This document shows, piece after piece, positions 8,429-17,917 of a stretch of DNA of 35,112 nucleotides; the first letter of the stretch is position 1, and each line of letters begins with the position of its first letter. The DNA lies in IMG/VR virus record IMGVR_UViG_3300050196_000027, positions 1 through 35,112 of that record; one strand, 5' to 3'. Under the pieces are notes generated by a model that was not told the origin of the DNA, did no database searches, and saw only the letters and a program-made list of their open reading frames with translations. Both the position numbers and the translations under genes were made by a program. Source of the stretch: a virus (Duplodnaviria; Caudoviricetes).

Positions 8429-10085
8429 TAGATTTAAGAATAGCTTTGCAGCTAACATTTTTAGGAATAAATATGCACAAGGACCAAATGACACTTGGGA
8501 TGCTCTTGCCGACCGTTTGGTTGAGGATGTATGTGGAACAAGATGGGGAACCCTCCAAGCTCTTATGTCAAAAGAAGATCGGGCCGATCTCTCAGAACAT
8601 ATTAAGCAGATGCGATTTATTCCGGGTGGACGCTACCTCTACTACGCCGGGAGACCATACAAGGCTTACAACAACTGTTACCTCTTACGGGCTGAAGAAG
8701 ATACCCGAGAAGAATGGAGCAACGTAACATGGCGAGCAATGAGCTGTTTAATGACAGGCGGAGGTATTGGAATTGACTACTCCCGACTCCGCCCTTCTGG
8801 AAAAAGTTTGGCACGAACTGGCGGGACAGCATCAGGCCCTCTACCGCTTATGTTTGCTATTAACGAAATTGGACGGAATGTTATGCAAGGAGGATCACGA
8901 CGCTCTGCAATCTACGCTAGCCTCAATTGGCAACACGAGGACGTCCCTCTCTTCCTTTCGGCAAAGAATTGGTCCCCTGATGTAAGGGCACGTAAAGAAG
9001 TAGACTTTAATTTCCCTGCTCCTCTAGACATGACCAATATTAGTGTTAATTATGACGACGCTGCTTTTTATACACAGAATCCAATCCATGTAGAACCATC
9101 ATTAGCACATAATCCTGTGTTCCTACAGAATGTTCGTCAGGCTATGGAAACTGGTGAGCCTGGATTCTCTTTTAACTTTGGCAATAAACAAAATGAAACA
9201 CTTCGTAATGCGTGTACTGAAGTCACTAGTGAGGACGATTCGGACGTATGCAACCTCGGCTCCATCAACATGGGAAATGTACACGATGTTGCACAATTCC
9301 GGGAAATTACGCGGCTTGCGAGTATGTTTCTTGTCTGCGGAACACTTCGTGCTGATTTACCCTACGAAAAGGTATATAAGGTTCGAGAGAAAAATCGACG
9401 ACTGGGGCTTGGCCTCATGGGTATTCACGAATGGCTACTCAAACGAGGATATGGGTACGAAGTAGTCCCAGAACTACATGAATGGTTAAAGGTATATAAA
9501 TATGATTCTGAGCTTTCCGCTAATGAACATTGTGACCGCTTCTATATTAGCAGGCCCGTTGCATACCGGGCGATTGCCCCTACTGGTACAATTGGAATTC
9601 TCGCTGGAACCACAACAGGAATTGAACCGTTGTTCGCCGTTGCATACAAGCGCAGATACCTTACGGATGGAACTAAATGGAAACACGAGTATGTTGTGGA
9701 CAGCACAGCAGACCAGCTCATTAAAGAGTACGGACTAAATCCTGATAACATTGACACAGCATATAAACTAAGCAATGACTTTGAAAAGCGAATCAAATTC
9801 CAAGCAGACATTCAAGATTACGTTGACATGTCAATCTCATCCACTATTAATCTACCTGCTTGGGGAAGCAAACACAACAACGAAAATCTTGTCCCACGTT
9901 TTGCCGAGACTCTCAGTAAATACGCCACACGGTTACGTGGATTTACCTGTTATCCAGATGGAAGTAGAGGCGGTCAACCTCTGACCGAAGTATCTTATGA
10001 AGAAGCTATGTCCCATAAAGGAGTCGTCTTTGAAGAAAATGATATCTGTGATATTTCCGGAAAGGGAGGTTCTTGTGGAGTCTAA
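8418..10085 (+). CDS. nrdJ: Ribonucleotide reductase, probably class II (adenosylcobalamin-dependent)
   Basis: NNCY, GGGIG, NACTE, CNLGSIN, RRLGLG and IAPTGT motifs, with a C-terminal Cys pair. No beta-subunit gene in the window. Confidence 0.85.
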   Translation: MIINRFKNSFAANIFRNKYAQGPNDTWDALADRLVEDVCGTRWGTLQALMSKEDRADLSEHIKQMRFIPGGRYLYYAGRPYKAYNNCYLLRAEEDTREEWSNVTWRAMSCLMTGGGIGIDYSRLRPSGKSLARTGGTASGPLPLMFAINEIGRNVMQGGSRRSAIYASLNWQHEDVPLFLSAKNWSPDVRARKEVDFNFPAPLDMTNISVNYDDAAFYTQNPIHVEPSLAHNPVFLQNVRQAMETGEPGFSFNFGNKQNETLRNACTEVTSEDDSDVCNLGSINMGNVHDVAQFREITRLASMFLVCGTLRADLPYEKVYKVREKNRRLGLGLMGIHEWLLKRGYGYEVVPELHEWLKVYKYDSELSANEHCDRFYISRPVAYRAIAPTGTIGILAGTTTGIEPLFAVAYKRRYLTDGTKWKHEYVVDSTADQLIKEYGLNPDNIDTAYKLSNDFEKRIKFQADIQDYVDMSISSTINLPAWGSKHNNENLVPRFAETLSKYATRLRGFTCYPDGSRGGQPLTEVSYEEAMSHKGVVFEENDICDISGKGGSCGV

Positions 10086-10287
10086 TAGGGTAGATGATGA
10101 AAATAAAGAACTTTCTAGGAAGCTAAAATTAGCCACTAGAATGTGGGATATGTGGAAGCAGGAGGCCTTTAGGCTATCAGAAAGACTCAACAAATATGAA
10201 CATGGGAGCCCTATGATTCTAAATAACGAAATTCCTGACACACGATTTGGTGATGCTAAAATTAAAATCGAAGGAGAATCTTACTGA
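10075..10287 (+). CDS. Hypothetical protein (70 aa)
   Basis: GGAGG 5 nt before GTG at 10075. Confidence 0.6.
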   Translation: MESNRVDDENKELSRKLKLATRMWDMWKQEAFRLSERLNKYEHGSPMILNNEIPDTRFGDAKIKIEGESY

Positions 10288-10736
10288 CTACTATTGCAGC
10301 CAGCGTTAAGATGGGAACCATTGCCTCAGATAGACAATACACCTATCACGACACTACAGCCCTCAAGGGGCGTCCTAAACTAGAGATCATAGAGGGTAAT
10401 GTGGCTAGGGCACTTTTCAAGTCTCCTAAGGCCATTTTAGGCTTTGCAGGCAGCTCTTCTGAAATAGCTAAAGTACGTTATTGGTTACTAGACATTTCCC
10501 AATCACCACCTGAGATTAAAGATACAGAAATGTTATGTTTATGTTCTCATGGTATTTTCCATTCTTCAAATTTAAATATATGGTTGCCAATTGATAAGAA
10601 ATACTGGGCTATTGGGTCTGGAGGAGACTTTGCTATGGCTGCAATGGAAGTAGGGAAATCACCATTGGAAGCTGTTAAAGTTGCTGCTAAACTAGACATT
10701 AGAACTGGTATGGGATTTAAAGAAGAGTACCTATAA
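10284..10736 (+). CDS. Ntn-hydrolase (HslV/proteasome beta-like) peptidase, probable CTG start
   Basis: In-frame extension CTG-ACT-ACT-ATT-GCA gives (M)TTIAA...ASDRQ; also GFAG, AIGSG..FAMAAM and EAVKVAAKLDIRTG; AAGGAG 7 nt upstream. Confidence 0.8.
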   Translation: MTTIAASVKMGTIASDRQYTYHDTTALKGRPKLEIIEGNVARALFKSPKAILGFAGSSSEIAKVRYWLLDISQSPPEIKDTEMLCLCSHGIFHSSNLNIWLPIDKKYWAIGSGGDFAMAAMEVGKSPLEAVKVAAKLDIRTGMGFKEEYL

Positions 10737-10738
10737 AG

Positions 10739-10774
10739 AAAAAGCCCCTTGGATTTCTCCTTGGGGCTTTTTTT
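10739..10774. terminator. Bidirectional rho-independent terminator between the convergent arms
   Basis: AAAAAGCCCC-TT-GGA-TTTC-TCC-TT-GGGGCTTTTTTT, with A and T tracts on either side. Confidence 0.9.
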
Positions 10775-11300
10775 ATTTCTCTTTAATAACTTCTAAAGCT
10801 CTTTGGTAGAGCTTATACCTATCAGCATAACCATTTAAACCACCATTAATTCTACGAGTTAATGTTTCAAATAGATTCATATCACAGATTCTATTTAAGT
10901 CATTTTCATTCCAAAACCAACCGGCGCTTAAAGTAGCATTCCTAGGCTCAGAAAGGAGTTCAGGATGTTCTAGAAGAGGTAGGTCTAAATCAAATCCACA
11001 TAGGACAAAGTTGTTCCTACCTGTAATTTGAATGAGACCTCTCCCTTTGTACTTAACCCCATCACCCTTCTGAGTGTTTCCTAGGTTTCTCTTACCTTCA
11101 TAGGCTTCTCCCGAAGCTAGTTCAGTTGTATAACGCAACTGACCAGATTCATGTCCAATCTGAGCAAGGAACATTCTCATTCTCTGTGGAGTAGAAATAT
11201 CATACTTCTCCATAGTTTCATTAAGGAAAGGTAGAAATAGTTCTACCTTCTCCTTCGGACATTCCTTATAAATTGCCTTTAATTGTTCTAAAGTTATCAT
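10773..11300 (-). CDS. Endolysin, glycoside hydrolase family 19
   Basis: FLAQIGHESG, YKGRGLIQITGRNN, SAGWFW and TRRINGG.NG motifs. Confidence 0.93.
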   Translation of the reverse strand: MITLEQLKAIYKECPKEKVELFLPFLNETMEKYDISTPQRMRMFLAQIGHESGQLRYTTELASGEAYEGKRNLGNTQKGDGVKYKGRGLIQITGRNNFVLCGFDLDLPLLEHPELLSEPRNATLSAGWFWNENDLNRICDMNLFETLTRRINGGLNGYADRYKLYQRALEVIKEK

Positions 11301-14300
11301 TTGTCCATTTCCATTCTGTCCTTGACAGCAAGTAGTTTCTGAACTGTATTAGCATGAATTTGAGCAAATTGCTGCGGAGTCATACCAAGTTTCTGAGCTT
11401 CAGTCTCAATCATCCCATCTAGACTTCCACCAAGCTTATAAATGGTTTGAGCATAGGTTTTAACATCCTTACTATTTCCATTCATAATCGCTTGCCATAA
11501 ATATTTCTTACTTGAATTAATAGCCGCCTGATCTCTCATAGACTTTTGCTGTATGGCATAATCCTTATCCCTACGTTGTGACTCAGATAAAGCTGTAACA
11601 CCTAAAACTCTAGCTCTTTCTTCCTCGGGAGTTCTATATACCTTAGGTTGCTTATCAATTAGATTATTAGGATTAAGATACCCAGTGGCTGAAGGATAGG
11701 GCTGTACAGGAGCTTTAAAGTTTGGGACACTATTTTCCAAAATACCCCTAGCCATAGGCCCAGGAGCAAATTGGTAGGCAGATTGACTTACTGTATCCCC
11801 ATTTGGATGCAGAGCAATGTTACCTAAGCTAGTCCATTCTGTAACTTCCTGAGCAAGTGGTGACACACTCTGTAAAATTTCACCAGGATTAACAAGTTCA
11901 TTATTAAATCTAGTAGCCATATTTACACCAGTAGAAGCACTACCAACCCCGTACCCTAAGATTTGACCTAATAGGTTTCTTTCAGGAAGTAGACCAATTA
12001 GATTTTCCTTAATACCCATGTTCTTAATATGCTCATATAGTTGTGGTAAATGGTCTGCAGATGCTTCTTTAATTACATCTAATAGATGGTCTGTTTCAGA
12101 AACAAATGGTAGAGCCATTACTCCACCCATCATACCCATAGCACCTAGATAAGTTGCTAAAGGAACTACATTACCTTGCTTAGCCATTCCATAGAAAATA
12201 CCAAGATGGTTGTACATATTGGCAATGGGAGCCTTAAGAGTCCAAAGAGCATCCCCAGTAGCACCTAACTTATTTACAAGTAGTGGTCTATCTTCACGTC
12301 TCATAGAGACCATAGCCATATCTGTAATTTCAGCAGCACGTTGGAAAGCCTTCTCTGGAGTAGCATACTTACCTCCATCCCATAGAGCATTAGCCATAGG
12401 AAGGAAGATTTGTCTACGACTCCATTGGTCAGGAATAGAAATAGAAGCATTACCTAAAGAAGACAGGGTGCTTAAAGCCTTATTACCTCCTAGACTAGAT
12501 TCAGGATCAAATAGAGCAGAACTAATAATTTGGTTATTATCAGCCCACTTTAAAGCTTGCTTATTAAATTCACTATGAACAAATCCAGAGACACCCGCAT
12601 TGGATGCAGCAGCATCTAGACTACTCTTAAAGAAACTAGAAATAGAAGTAGTTCCTACATTCCCATTAGCCTTTTCTACTTGGAACCATGATAATGAAGC
12701 AGGTAATGCTTGCATAGGAGTAGCAGCCCAATAACCAGGAGAGAACCAAAGTTTGGCTGCATAGAAGGCACCCTTTAAGGTTCCAACCATAGAACTAGAA
12801 ACCCTTGATGATCGTCCAAGACCTTCTGCTACTAAGTTCTCAGCACCACGCATAACATTCTGACTAATACCCATGTTATCTATAGTGTAGGCACGAAGTA
12901 AAGCCATATTATTTGGTTGGTTTTCATTTAGCTTTTCATCAGACAGAAAACCCTTAATTTGATTTAGAGCTTCTTGCTTAGGAGTCCAACGCATTACGTT
13001 CTCTAAATAACGTACCTGTGCCTTACCCCAGTTTACTGTATTAGCCTTTTCTGATAACCAAGCTTGATCCCCCATAGCTCCACGAACATTTGCCTTCATA
13101 TCCACTTGGTGTCTATATTGTCCAAATGCCTTAGAGCCTGACTTAGTTAACCAAGCTTGATAGGCAGCCTGCAAGCTGTCCTTATCTGTACCATCAGGTA
13201 GAGCATCCATAATATCCTTCCAAGCACTCATTGTGTCCTTTGGAATATTTCCTGATGCTTTAAATTCATACTTGATTTTATTTACATCTACAGTGGCATC
13301 GTTTTTAAAATGATCCTTTAAGAATTTAACAGCCTTAGTAGCGTCTGCTCTGGTAGCATTTTGTGCATACCATAGAATACGCCCCTCAGCATTCTTTACA
13401 GAAACATGCCAATCTCCACTAAACATGGAAGACATATAGGCATCTTGTTTAGTGAATGACTCTAAGCCAATTGCTTCTCTAGCTTTATTTTGTAAGGTAT
13501 AAGAAAGCTCAAAAGCTTCTCTCATTTTGTTATAAACTTTGAGTTGCTTGTCATTTAATCTACTTAATAGAGCCTCTTGGGAAAGACGCTCTCTACTAAA
13601 CATTTCTTCTTGAAATACATTACGTAAACCTGTGAGTTCCTTACCATTAAGAGAATTCATTACACGTTCAATGGGGCGTACTACATTCTTAATTCCAGCA
13701 TCACCAACTCTAGTAGAGTAAGTTAACCACTTAGCACTCTGAGAGATTACAGTGCTTTTCATCTTTTCAGAAGCCATCTGTAGTCCAGATTGTAGGCCAG
13801 CAAATAGACTTGGACCATCCTTTTCCATTTGGGCTTTAGCTAGCATATCTGCCACATTCTGTGGCTTAGTTACTAAGTTTTCTCCGTACAGTTCAGATAG
13901 TGCCCTATCTCTTATATCAGTCTTAGGAATTCCATAACCAATCTTTTCAAAGATTTGGTTCAGCGTATCTAACCCTTCTTTAATTCCCTTAATGTCGAGG
14001 GCACCAGATTGTCCCTTACCATATCCCATATTTTTAGTACCGTAGGTATCCTGTTGCCCTAGCTTTGGACCATTAGCTTCTTGAATAGCATTACCTACAT
14101 CATTACGAGCACCCTCATTTTGACGCATATACTTATTAATATACTCAGGAGCTACTGTAGATTCTGGAAGTCCCTTACGTACTGGGATACCATTCTCATC
14201 TTTAACCCACTCATTTCCCTTAGGAGTGCGAAGCATAGGCTTATCACGTTCTCCATTTAGGAACAGGGAGTCTTTAGGAACTACAGCATCAGGAGGGACT

Positions 14301-15514
14301 TCATTTCTACTAATATTTTCAGTTGAGCGAGATAGTCCCTCCATTTGTTCTGGAGTACCAGAAACAGGGTGTGGATTAAATGGGTCTTCAACTTGAGCAC
14401 GTAGTGTGGTAGGTGGAGCCTCCTTATTAATAGCTTCTCTTTGTAGTAGTTCTGCACGCTCTTTCCAGAATTTAAGTTCATTAAGTCTTTCTTGAACTTG
14501 TGGAAGCTGCGAAGATAGGTCTTTAAAACCAGCAGTGTGTTCTCCAATTGCTTGTTGAATAGCAGCAATCTTATCTTCAGCCTGTTTTCTAGCAAACTCA
14601 ATTTCTGGAGAATTTGTGTAGGCTTGTCCTTCTGGAGTAACACGCATTGGTTGCTCTCCATTACGACTAGCTTGATATTGAGCGTCTTGCTCATATCCAC
14701 GAACATTACCAGCCTCATCTACAAATTTAGGAGTCTGTGGTCCATTTTGCTTTTCAAGAGCAGCTTGAAGTCTATTTGCAGTTTGGTCATTACGCTGTAA
14801 ATCTTCAGCCCGTAGCTTCCAGGGATCAGGCTGTATACCGTCTACCATAGAGGCCATAGCACGCTCACCAGCATTCGCTGGGGACTCTCCCTGATCCATA
14901 TAAGACCACTTTAGTGGTTCTTTAATAGGAGGTACAAGTTGGCTATCCCAGCCACCTACTTGTGTTGGTGTTTCTGTAGTCTTTGTTTCTTCTGGAAGTT
15001 TTACTTCTCCTGGCTTTACATAAGTGCTTTTGACTGTTGGATCATACTCTGCTAGTTTATGAATACCTTTTCCTAGTAAATGCATCCCAGGGATTGGGAG
15101 AACTGATGCTGCCATTTTTACGCCACCTGCAACATCTTTATTATTTGTTAGTTCCCCAGCTTTATTACCAGCAGCTTCAATTAAATCAGAGTAGAGTTCA
15201 ATAGGTTTTAAAGTTCCTTTATAATACTGATTATCTAGCATAGAGGAACCAAAAGAAGGGGTCTTTCCTTCAATTGATTCTCCTGAAGCTTTCCATAATT
15301 CATCTAAATTATGGGAAGGTGAAACAGCTTTAGCCATTAAAGTAGCGGCAAGTTGTACAGGAATTTTAACCAGTCCACCTGCAAGATCACCTACCGCTGC
15401 AGCAGTACCTTTGGTAGCCTTCCATACTTCATTATCAGTAGAAGGTGCGTCCTCAACATAGGAGAACTTTTTCTTCTTATCTTCTTCATCATCAATATAT
15501 GAAAAACTAGCCAT
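11297..15514 (-). CDS. Large internal virion / DNA ejection protein (1405 aa)
   Basis: Size, position as last of three genes after the tail genes, and helical Ala/Gly-rich composition. No catalytic motif recognised. Confidence 0.6.
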   Translation of the reverse strand: MASFSYIDDEEDKKKKFSYVEDAPSTDNEVWKATKGTAAAVGDLAGGLVKIPVQLAATLMAKAVSPSHNLDELWKASGESIEGKTPSFGSSMLDNQYYKGTLKPIELYSDLIEAAGNKAGELTNNKDVAGGVKMAASVLPIPGMHLLGKGIHKLAEYDPTVKSTYVKPGEVKLPEETKTTETPTQVGGWDSQLVPPIKEPLKWSYMDQGESPANAGERAMASMVDGIQPDPWKLRAEDLQRNDQTANRLQAALEKQNGPQTPKFVDEAGNVRGYEQDAQYQASRNGEQPMRVTPEGQAYTNSPEIEFARKQAEDKIAAIQQAIGEHTAGFKDLSSQLPQVQERLNELKFWKERAELLQREAINKEAPPTTLRAQVEDPFNPHPVSGTPEQMEGLSRSTENISRNEVPPDAVVPKDSLFLNGERDKPMLRTPKGNEWVKDENGIPVRKGLPESTVAPEYINKYMRQNEGARNDVGNAIQEANGPKLGQQDTYGTKNMGYGKGQSGALDIKGIKEGLDTLNQIFEKIGYGIPKTDIRDRALSELYGENLVTKPQNVADMLAKAQMEKDGPSLFAGLQSGLQMASEKMKSTVISQSAKWLTYSTRVGDAGIKNVVRPIERVMNSLNGKELTGLRNVFQEEMFSRERLSQEALLSRLNDKQLKVYNKMREAFELSYTLQNKAREAIGLESFTKQDAYMSSMFSGDWHVSVKNAEGRILWYAQNATRADATKAVKFLKDHFKNDATVDVNKIKYEFKASGNIPKDTMSAWKDIMDALPDGTDKDSLQAAYQAWLTKSGSKAFGQYRHQVDMKANVRGAMGDQAWLSEKANTVNWGKAQVRYLENVMRWTPKQEALNQIKGFLSDEKLNENQPNNMALLRAYTIDNMGISQNVMRGAENLVAEGLGRSSRVSSSMVGTLKGAFYAAKLWFSPGYWAATPMQALPASLSWFQVEKANGNVGTTSISSFFKSSLDAAASNAGVSGFVHSEFNKQALKWADNNQIISSALFDPESSLGGNKALSTLSSLGNASISIPDQWSRRQIFLPMANALWDGGKYATPEKAFQRAAEITDMAMVSMRREDRPLLVNKLGATGDALWTLKAPIANMYNHLGIFYGMAKQGNVVPLATYLGAMGMMGGVMALPFVSETDHLLDVIKEASADHLPQLYEHIKNMGIKENLIGLLPERNLLGQILGYGVGSASTGVNMATRFNNELVNPGEILQSVSPLAQEVTEWTSLGNIALHPNGDTVSQSAYQFAPGPMARGILENSVPNFKAPVQPYPSATGYLNPNNLIDKQPKVYRTPEEERARVLGVTALSESQRRDKDYAIQQKSMRDQAAINSSKKYLWQAIMNGNSKDVKTYAQTIYKLGGSLDGMIETEAQKLGMTPQQFAQIHANTVQKLLAVKDRMEMDK

Positions 15515-15522
15515 TTTATTCC

Positions 15523-16533
15523 TTAATGAATTTTAGCTTTGCGGCCATTAACAGTAACAATATCCCCTGGCTTTACTTTTCCAGAGTTAATATCTGCTTC
15601 TAAAGTAGCTTCAGAGTTATATGATTTTACAGGCACATTTGGTGAAGGAGTATTGTCTCGTCTATCTACAGCACCTGGAACAGTTGGAGCAGAAACACTT
15701 TGAAGTCCCTGACCAGAACCAATAGCATTAATGTTGGGAGACTTAGCAGCATTAACACTAGCTCCTGCAGTAGCTGCAAGACCGGCTTGTTGTCTAGCTG
15801 TATTTTCACTTTGTAATGCTAGATTATAGGCTTCTTCTGCCATTTTTCTTTCATCGGGAGAAGTATTAGGATTCTGCATTTGTTGATATGCCTCATTCTT
15901 TCTACCTTCCCAAACTGAAATGGCTCCTTGAGGAGTACCCATAAGTTTTTGCTCCATAAACCAAGGAGCGTGATTTGCATACTTACCAGCTTTAATACTC
16001 TCATCTGTACTATATTTAGAGGCACTTGCAGAAATATTAGCAGCAGTAACTGTAGCACCTGCATGAATACGAGCATTACTATCTGACTTATCTTTTTCTA
16101 GACGAGCAGTTTCATATATTTTAAGCATGTCACCGGTCATCTTATACTTCTGAACAGCAGGACCACTAATATTTGGATTAGGACTAAGCATATCTTTTTC
16201 AAGTTGTGCGTGAGCTGTCTTTACTTCCGCCTCAGATGTTTCAGCAGAAAGTTTAGCTAGAGCTGTTTGATAAGTTGGTTCTGCAAGTCTCTTTTTCTGA
16301 TCTAAATCAAAAATGCCAGTATCCGCTTGGGTATTAGTTAGCCTTGTAGAAGCTGCAGCTTTTTGCATGTCAAGAGGAAGCATTTGATTTTCTCTATAAA
16401 TAGATTGAAGACCTTGTGCTTGATTAATCTTGTTATTTTGATTGGCATTGTATACTTGTTGACTTTGAGCAAGACCAGCATCAAAGCCCTCCATAGGTGC
16501 CATATTAGGATAGATTGTTGATAGCTCAGCCAC
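15523..16533 (-). CDS. Putative internal virion / ejection protein
   Basis: Ala/Gln-rich; GGAGG 5 nt before GTG at 16533; position. Confidence 0.55.
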   Translation of the reverse strand: MAELSTIYPNMAPMEGFDAGLAQSQQVYNANQNNKINQAQGLQSIYRENQMLPLDMQKAAASTRLTNTQADTGIFDLDQKKRLAEPTYQTALAKLSAETSEAEVKTAHAQLEKDMLSPNPNISGPAVQKYKMTGDMLKIYETARLEKDKSDSNARIHAGATVTAANISASASKYSTDESIKAGKYANHAPWFMEQKLMGTPQGAISVWEGRKNEAYQQMQNPNTSPDERKMAEEAYNLALQSENTARQQAGLAATAGASVNAAKSPNINAIGSGQGLQSVSAPTVPGAVDRRDNTPSPNVPVKSYNSEATLEADINSGKVKPGDIVTVNGRKAKIH

Positions 16534-17551
16534 CGAAACCTCCAGAGAAATCAAATGAATTTGGTAGTGTTCCTACATTTGATCCATACTCAACTGGAGT
16601 ATATGTAGGAGTATTTTGTGATCCATTAGAGAACATATTACTAATACTACCACCTGGTCCCATAGCGTTACCAAATAATTGTGCTAGTCTAATTCTATTG
16701 TTAAACTGACTCTGCTGTCCTTGCAGAATAGAAGGAGCTACCCCAGAAGCAGTTTTAGCTAGAGCAGCTTGAAGTTCTACTTCTCTAGGACCATACTGGC
16801 TTCTACGACCCGCAGCAGCATCACGTCTATTTAGCTCCTGCCTCAGAGTGGCAGCATATGGGCTATTAGAGCCATACATACTCTGTAAGCTACCTAGGTA
16901 TCCATCAGACTGGTTTCCCTGGCTATAGAGGCTATAGAGGCCTGCTAGACCACCAAGACCATTAGCTAGAGTTCCCCAATTTGTACCACCACCATGATTA
17001 TCCCCACTGAAGGCATTACTTCCATCAGAATTAGGACTTGTAACACCTCCAAAGGCTGTGCCCATAGCTGGGCCAAGACCAAACCCTAAAGCCCCAAGGC
17101 CTTGTCCTACTGGTCCTGCCATACCTTGTACAGCATTACCAAAAGCATTCCCCATTGCCTGACCACCCTTACCCTGAGAACCTGCGAGACCTAATCCAGC
17201 AATACCCATAATACCAGCCAAAGCAGGATTTGTCATGCTAAGAGCCATCATACCAGCTTTACCAAAAGGGTTCCCTAAAATGGTACTATGTAATGCTGCT
17301 AGTTTACCTAAAAATCCATTGTCTTGAGTTTGATTACTAAAATCAACATTACCAAATGGATTATTAGATTCCATTGAAAGTCCTTGATCTAGATTTCCCC
17401 AAGACATTGCAGGATCAAGGGATTGCATATCAAAATTAAGATTATCTCCAAAAGATGTACCTACTCCAGTACCATCCCCAGAAATTCCAGCATTTGATGT
17501 AGCTTCTCCACCGAAATTGCCACCTGCAGTGGCATCACCATCATCACCCAT
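16526..17551 (-). CDS. Gly-rich putative ejection/pilot protein
   Basis: Gly/Ala-rich hydrophobic segments; first of the three-gene set. Confidence 0.55.
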   Translation of the reverse strand: MGDDGDATAGGNFGGEATSNAGISGDGTGVGTSFGDNLNFDMQSLDPAMSWGNLDQGLSMESNNPFGNVDFSNQTQDNGFLGKLAALHSTILGNPFGKAGMMALSMTNPALAGIMGIAGLGLAGSQGKGGQAMGNAFGNAVQGMAGPVGQGLGALGFGLGPAMGTAFGGVTSPNSDGSNAFSGDNHGGGTNWGTLANGLGGLAGLYSLYSQGNQSDGYLGSLQSMYGSNSPYAATLRQELNRRDAAAGRRSQYGPREVELQAALAKTASGVAPSILQGQQSQFNNRIRLAQLFGNAMGPGGSISNMFSNGSQNTPTYTPVEYGSNVGTLPNSFDFSGGFGG

Positions 17552-17560
17552 AATGTTTCC

Positions 17561-17917
17561 TTAAGGTTTAGTTGTTCCAATGTTAGCAGCAGAGATTACT
17601 CCACCATCACTAACATTAATACGCCAGTAATTCCCACTTGGGCTTTTTAAAATAAGACCATTTGTAGTTGTGTCCAAGATTACATGTCCTGGTGTGTCTA
17701 CTCCAACATTAATTCTTCCAGCAGTATCAATAGCAGCATAACCACCAACGGTATTTGCCATAGATAGGGTTACAAAAGAAGAAAGGTCTTGATTAATCTT
17801 ATTAACAATTGATCTAAGTTGTTCATACCAGTTTGACCAGAAGCTTGCATTAGTATAGGCTGTGGCTTGTGCTTCTTTATTTCTTGGAACTGGTGGAGCT
17901 GGTGGAAGTAAGTTCAT
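17561..17917 (-). CDS. Small tail-associated protein
   Basis: Follows the tailspike; C-terminal GLILKSPSGNYWRINVSDGG beta motif typical of tail proteins. Confidence 0.5.
   Translation of the reverse strand: MNLLPPAPPVPRNKEAQATAYTNASFWSNWYEQLRSIVNKINQDLSSFVTLSMANTVGGYAAIDTAGRINVGVDTPGHVILDTTTNGLILKSPSGNYWRINVSDGGVISAANIGTTKP

Noticed and set aside
12210-14800. Antisense and alternate-frame ORFs within the 1405-aa gene (and similar ones throughout the window)
   Set aside because: They are shadows of long real genes, with no motifs or convincing SD.
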